Shown in pieces: positions 60,061-64,000 of a DNA stretch of 64,000 nucleotides. This DNA comes from a virus. Numbering within the stretch: position 1 is the first letter of the stretch; each line of letters opens with the position of its first letter. Location: positions 1-64,000 of the IMG/VR virus record IMGVR_UViG_3300027749_000082. One strand, 5' to 3'. The notes below the pieces were generated by a model. It was given only the letters and a program-made list of their open reading frames with translations. It made no database searches and was not told where the DNA came from. The translations under genes and the position numbers were made by a program.

Positions 60061-60930
60061 ATGGCTTGTAATACTACTAGACAAAACTGCCCACCGAGTA
60101 GCGTATTTTCTGCTATGGCATCTCCCGGTTGTAGTCAGTTCGCAAACCCTGCTAATTTCCAAGCAGAGCAATTTGTTTATAGTGCGGCGTTTAGAGATTC
60201 TATAAACAATTTTGGTATACCTGTAGACTACTATATTAATACATATAATATTAATACAGCTGATAACTTATACGGTGAACAACCTACAGCTATATTTTAT
60301 GGTCCTATATCATTAATGATGTATGTTGAATTATCTGAAAACTCTATTAATCTATCTAAATTTGGTTTTGCTTCAGATGATGAAATGACAGGCTTTTTAC
60401 ATATACAAACATTTACTAATGCAATATGCGGTAAAGAGTATTTTGTTCAAACATCAACTGGCGAACTACTTACTGTAGAAGAATATTCAGATACATTTAA
60501 CTTAGTAGTATCAGATAAAACACTACTTCAACCTTATTTAAATAGTAATCAAGCAGTTGAACCTAAATCAGGTGATCTTATACAGTTATCACCTTTAGGC
60601 TGCGATAGACCAAATGGAAGAGGTGCTAAAATATTTGAAGTAACAGAGAGAATGGATCAAGATGTATCATCTATTAACCCCATGCTTGGTCATTATGTAT
60701 ATAGACTAAGAGCTAAACGATATGAATCTTCATTCGAACCAGGAGCTCCTAAAGAACCACAAAATCAACAAGTATTTGAAAATGCTTTTTCTGGTAAGGT
60801 ATCTTCTACTATACCTGGAGAAGTGCCATCTAATCCTAAATCGTATCCAGGAGATATTAATACCGAGTCACAGACAAAAGTGTTTGATATGACTGCTAAT
60901 GAAACAGATATATACGGAACGTATTATTAA
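60061..60930 (+). CDS. 14: neck protein (T4 gp14-like), copy B
   Basis: Starts MACN like copy A and shares long identical blocks (NLSKFGFASDDEMTGFLHIQTF; EPKSGDLIQLSPLGCDRPNGRGAKIFEVTER). Confidence 0.8.
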   Translation: MACNTTRQNCPPSSVFSAMASPGCSQFANPANFQAEQFVYSAAFRDSINNFGIPVDYYINTYNINTADNLYGEQPTAIFYGPISLMMYVELSENSINLSKFGFASDDEMTGFLHIQTFTNAICGKEYFVQTSTGELLTVEEYSDTFNLVVSDKTLLQPYLNSNQAVEPKSGDLIQLSPLGCDRPNGRGAKIFEVTERMDQDVSSINPMLGHYVYRLRAKRYESSFEPGAPKEPQNQQVFENAFSGKVSSTIPGEVPSNPKSYPGDINTESQTKVFDMTANETDIYGTYY

Positions 60931-61613
60931 AATAAAGGAGCTGGTGCTACCTGTTTAGCCGTTATATATGATCCACTGGTTATTGTAACAGGAATAATTC
61001 CGGGGGATACTGTACTATGAAATAATGTTATAACTGTAGGACTATAAACTGTTAATAACAATTTATAAGAAGTTGGACGATTAAACATATTATATAGCCC
61101 TTGACTAGGATTACCTACTATAAATGTAGATAGTGTATTATTTATATTTGACATATATACCCCTGTACCCGGAGTATTAACGGGTATACCCGAACTGTAT
61201 GGTAAATACCCCATACCTAATGAAGTAACAGGGTTAGAAGCAGATAAAGTAAAATCTATAGTCCATATACCGGTGCTGGATAAGGTAGAAGTATTATTAC
61301 CAGTTGTATAAGGATAAATTAATGCAGTTACAAAATAAACACCAGAAGATAATGTTAATGTTATACCTGATGGAACATAGGCAGAGGTAGCAAAAACAGT
61401 AGTAGAATCCGATGTTAATATACTGGTATATGTGTTACCATATCTCATATCCCCATAACCTCTATTAATTATATCACTACTTAAAGTAGTGATTTGGCTT
61501 GCAGCAATAAACTGATTATTAATAGTTAAATTACCTGTTAAGTTTATATTACTTAAAGTAGGAGATGCTGTAGAATCTGTATTGGATAAATCTGATAAAG
61601 CATGAAGAGGCAT
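60927..61613 (-). CDS. MPLHALSDLSN-family appendage/adhesin paralogue 1
   Basis: Conserved ~60-aa N-terminus up to RYGN, divergent beta-rich C-terminus. Confidence 0.6.
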   Translation of the reverse strand: MPLHALSDLSNTDSTASPTLSNINLTGNLTINNQFIAASQITTLSSDIINRGYGDMRYGNTYTSILTSDSTTVFATSAYVPSGITLTLSSGVYFVTALIYPYTTGNNTSTLSSTGIWTIDFTLSASNPVTSLGMGYLPYSSGIPVNTPGTGVYMSNINNTLSTFIVGNPSQGLYNMFNRPTSYKLLLTVYSPTVITLFHSTVSPGIIPVTITSGSYITAKQVAPAPLF

Positions 61614-61628
61614 ATATTTATTTTATAT

Positions 61629-62300
61629 TTAAAGTGTTGGTCTTGCTATTATAAATGAACCTCTATGACAAATTAGTAAAGCAGGTGGTGATGTGGTAGA
61701 AGTAGGGGTAGCAGTAATAAAAATTCTTGTATTATTATTATAAATTTTTAAAGAATAATTAGCTATATAATATTTAGCACCAGTATCACCAGCAGAATAA
61801 GCAAATGTACCTTGCGATACGGCACTAAGAGATATTCGCATACTTTTTTGACTAGATTGTACAGTAGAATAAGCTTGTATTGTACCGAGTGTACTGGGTA
61901 AGGGTGATATAAAACTTCCCATAATATCTATAGTATCCGTAGCAGATAAACCATGTCCATAAGAAGGTGCTCCTCCAGATAAATTCTGAAAAAATATTTT
62001 TGATTCGACAGTATATGTACCTGCATTTAGAATCAAAGAAATACCCATCTCGGTATATGTAAGGGGTGTAGTATATAAATTACCCACAATACTATCAGCA
62101 GATAATATACTCATATATATATTACCATATCTTTTATCAGCAGTAGCTTTAGTAACTACACTACTACTTAAAGTTAATACTTGATTAGGAGCATATATTT
62201 GGTTATATACTGATAAATTATTAGTTATAGTCAACCCACTAATAGTAGGAGATGATGTAGAATCCACATTAGATAAATCTGATAAAGCATGAAGAGGCAT
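61629..62300 (-). CDS. MPLHALSDLSN-family paralogue 2
   Basis: Same conserved N-terminus and divergent C-terminus as paralogue 1. Confidence 0.6.
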   Translation of the reverse strand: MPLHALSDLSNVDSTSSPTISGLTITNNLSVYNQIYAPNQVLTLSSSVVTKATADKRYGNIYMSILSADSIVGNLYTTPLTYTEMGISLILNAGTYTVESKIFFQNLSGGAPSYGHGLSATDTIDIMGSFISPLPSTLGTIQAYSTVQSSQKSMRISLSAVSQGTFAYSAGDTGAKYYIANYSLKIYNNNTRIFITATPTSTTSPPALLICHRGSFIIARPTL

Positions 62301-62305
62301 ATATT
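62185..62305. repeat. 121-bp direct repeat with 62918-63038 (2 mismatches, 94 bp exact)
   Basis: 5' ends of paralogues 2 and 3. In addition, 42 bp at 62272-62313 is identical to 61585-61626. Confidence 0.9.
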
Positions 62306-62319
62306 TATTTTATTTATTA

Positions 62320-63033
62320 TTAACCAACTTGTGTGGCTATCATCCATGATCCCTTGTACATTGTTACAGGATTACCTACAGTTAATGTATTTTGAAAATA
62401 CAAAATATAAAACCTACAAGGTGTATTTACAAATATAGTTGTTTGATGTAAGAACATTCTACCCCCATTTAATGCTGCTGTATCAGAAAATGTGTTACCA
62501 TTAACTCCTGATATTGGAGTTAAAGAAGTTGTATTTATATTTATAATAGTTCCACCTAAAGCTGCCGTAGCCCATGTACTTCCTATAGGTGCTGTAGTAG
62601 GCTGTTTAATACCTGTTACAATAATATTAGCATCAGTAACACTAGTTGTACAATTAACATTAGTTGTAATAATACTCATTTTTAATCCAGTAGCTGTAGT
62701 AGAATTTAAATTATTACCGTAACATAGTGAATCTATTATGTATACTCCGGTAGAAAGGGCTAAGTATAAGGGACAAGCAGATAATATGTCAGCATACCCC
62801 ATAGCATTATTATCAATAGGAGGTCCGTCAGCAGATAATATATTTACAAACATATTACCATACCTTTTATCTGCTGCATACTGAGTCATTACACTACTAC
62901 TAAGTGTAGCTGTCTGGTTAGGAGCATATATTTGATTATATACAGATAAATTATTAGTTATAGTCAACCCACTAATAGTAGGAGATGATGTAGAATCCAC
63001 ATTAGATAAATCTGATAAAGCATGAAGAGGCAT
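62320..63033 (-). CDS. MPLHALSDLSN-family paralogue 3
   Basis: Same conserved N-terminus and divergent C-terminus as paralogues 1 and 2. Confidence 0.6.
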   Translation of the reverse strand: MPLHALSDLSNVDSTSSPTISGLTITNNLSVYNQIYAPNQTATLSSSVMTQYAADKRYGNMFVNILSADGPPIDNNAMGYADILSACPLYLALSTGVYIIDSLCYGNNLNSTTATGLKMSIITTNVNCTTSVTDANIIVTGIKQPTTAPIGSTWATAALGGTIININTTSLTPISGVNGNTFSDTAALNGGRMFLHQTTIFVNTPCRFYILYFQNTLTVGNPVTMYKGSWMIATQVG

Positions 63034-63036
63034 ATA

Positions 63037-63999
63037 TTATATTGAAGTTGTTGTTAAGGCTCCACTATTATTAACTGTTATTCTCCATCTTGAACCATTA
63101 GGAGATTTAATAATTAACCCACTAGCTATATTTATTGCTTCAAAATCTGTATTGGTATATATAGAACTTGTAGCACTTATATTACCAACTACAGTTTGAT
63201 TGGTGGAAAAATTATTATTAACATTTTTATATACACCGTTAGTTACAGTATCAGCATTACCTGTAACACTACCTGTTAAGTTACCTGTAACACTACCTAA
63301 AATATTTGCTTGTAGTGTATCAATTTTAAATGTAGGTCCTGTAACATCAATTAAGTTAGTATCAGCTGGTTCCGCTGTAACGCCGCTAAATAAAACCCAG
63401 TTATTTGTTAAGGCTCTTCTAGCTAATCCTGTGTGTTGATATAATCCATTATTAAAATGACCTACAAATCCTAAGTCTAATGAATTACCAGTTGAACCTG
63501 TACCAAGATATATTAAAGGATCACTCACCGACATACTAGATGCAGCAACTTGTAAAGAAGAACCAGAGATATATAAACTTCCTAATACATTTAAATCACC
63601 CGGTGTAGTTATTGAACTAGGTAAACTTATCGTATAGTTATTACCTGTAGCAGATACACTTATCTGATTTGTTGTGCCGTTTATTTGTTTTACAAAGGTG
63701 CTTGAAGCAGTTTGATATGCAGTAGCTATATTATATGATGTATTCCAGTTAGCACTATTAGCTTGAACAGTTGTGTAAACATTAGAACTATTAGCACTAT
63801 TAGCTTGAACAGTTGTGTAAGTATTTTGCCAATTATTTGATGTACCACCTACAGTTGATATAAGACCAACTACAGTAGCATTGTTCATATATGTAGTATT
63901 ATCAGCAGTACTAGATAAACTAGAACCAATAGCAAAGGAATTATTATGGGTTACTAGATTATTTTGACCACCTAATATACCAGAATAATTACCACTTAC
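63037..63999 (-). CDS. long tail fibre, 5' end outside the window
   Basis: The frame stays open beyond the annotated Met 63888 to the edge (VSGNYSGILGGQNN...). Contains YTTVQANSAN repeats, DPLIYL...DLGFVGH and C-terminal IIKSPNGSRWRITVNNSG. Confidence 0.75.
   Translation of the reverse strand, partial: VSGNYSGILGGQNNLVTHNNSFAIGSSLSSTADNTTYMNNATVVGLISTVGGTSNNWQNTYTTVQANSANSSNVYTTVQANSANWNTSYNIATAYQTASSTFVKQINGTTNQISVSATGNNYTISLPSSITTPGDLNVLGSLYISGSSLQVAASSMSVSDPLIYLGTGSTGNSLDLGFVGHFNNGLYQHTGLARRALTNNWVLFSGVTAEPADTNLIDVTGPTFKIDTLQANILGSVTGNLTGSVTGNADTVTNGVYKNVNNNFSTNQTVVGNISATSSIYTNTDFEAINIASGLIIKSPNGSRWRITVNNSGALTTTSI
63749..63820. repeat. 30-bp exact repeat with 42-bp period inside the fibre gene
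   Basis: ttagcactattagcttgaacagttgtgtaa at 63749-63778 and 63791-63820. Confidence 0.9.
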
Positions 64000-64000
64000 T

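Noticed and set aside
61585-63820. CRISPR-like or invertible (shufflon) repeats
   Set aside because: The repeats are direct, lie within coding 5' ends or in-frame fibre repeats, and no recombinase or cas gene is nearby.
1-64000. Stop-codon reassignment
   Set aside because: Core genes are full length and densely packed under the standard code.

Overview
A 64-kb segment of an AT-rich, T4-like (myovirus) bacteriophage genome. It contains no rRNA, tRNA or CRISPR array that I can see. The left ~11 kb is a T4-type replisome cluster: gp41 helicase, gp59-like loader, gp32 SSB, gp45 clamp, RNase H/5' exonuclease and gp61 primase. It is preceded by a homing-endonuclease tail and an HhH / class II amidotransferase / glycosyltransferase trio. 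From ~12 to 55 kb, mostly on the minus strand, lie tail fibres and adhesins, very large baseplate-associated proteins, gp6, gp25, a hub protein, gp53, the tape measure, gp26-like genes, tail tube gp19, sheath gp18, gp3 and terminase gp17. The gp44 clamp loader, dUTPase and a probable small terminase are interspersed. Most notable observations: (1) a glycosyltransferase / radical SAM / aminotransferase cassette sits inside the tail-fibre cluster, and an L-S-[A/S/G/T] motif recurs in virion proteins, together suggesting a phage virion-glycosylation system; (2) there are two intact gp14 neck-protein paralogues, each abutting a different appendage cassette (one with a trypsin-like protease, one with three MPLHALSDLSN paralogues that have constant N-termini and variable C-termini); (3) T4-late-type TAAATA boxes and 16-bp-spaced sigma70-like promoters sit 5-7 nt before start codons with no Shine-Dalgarno, implying widespread leaderless mRNAs. 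All calls come from motif recognition and synteny by eye; no database searches were run.
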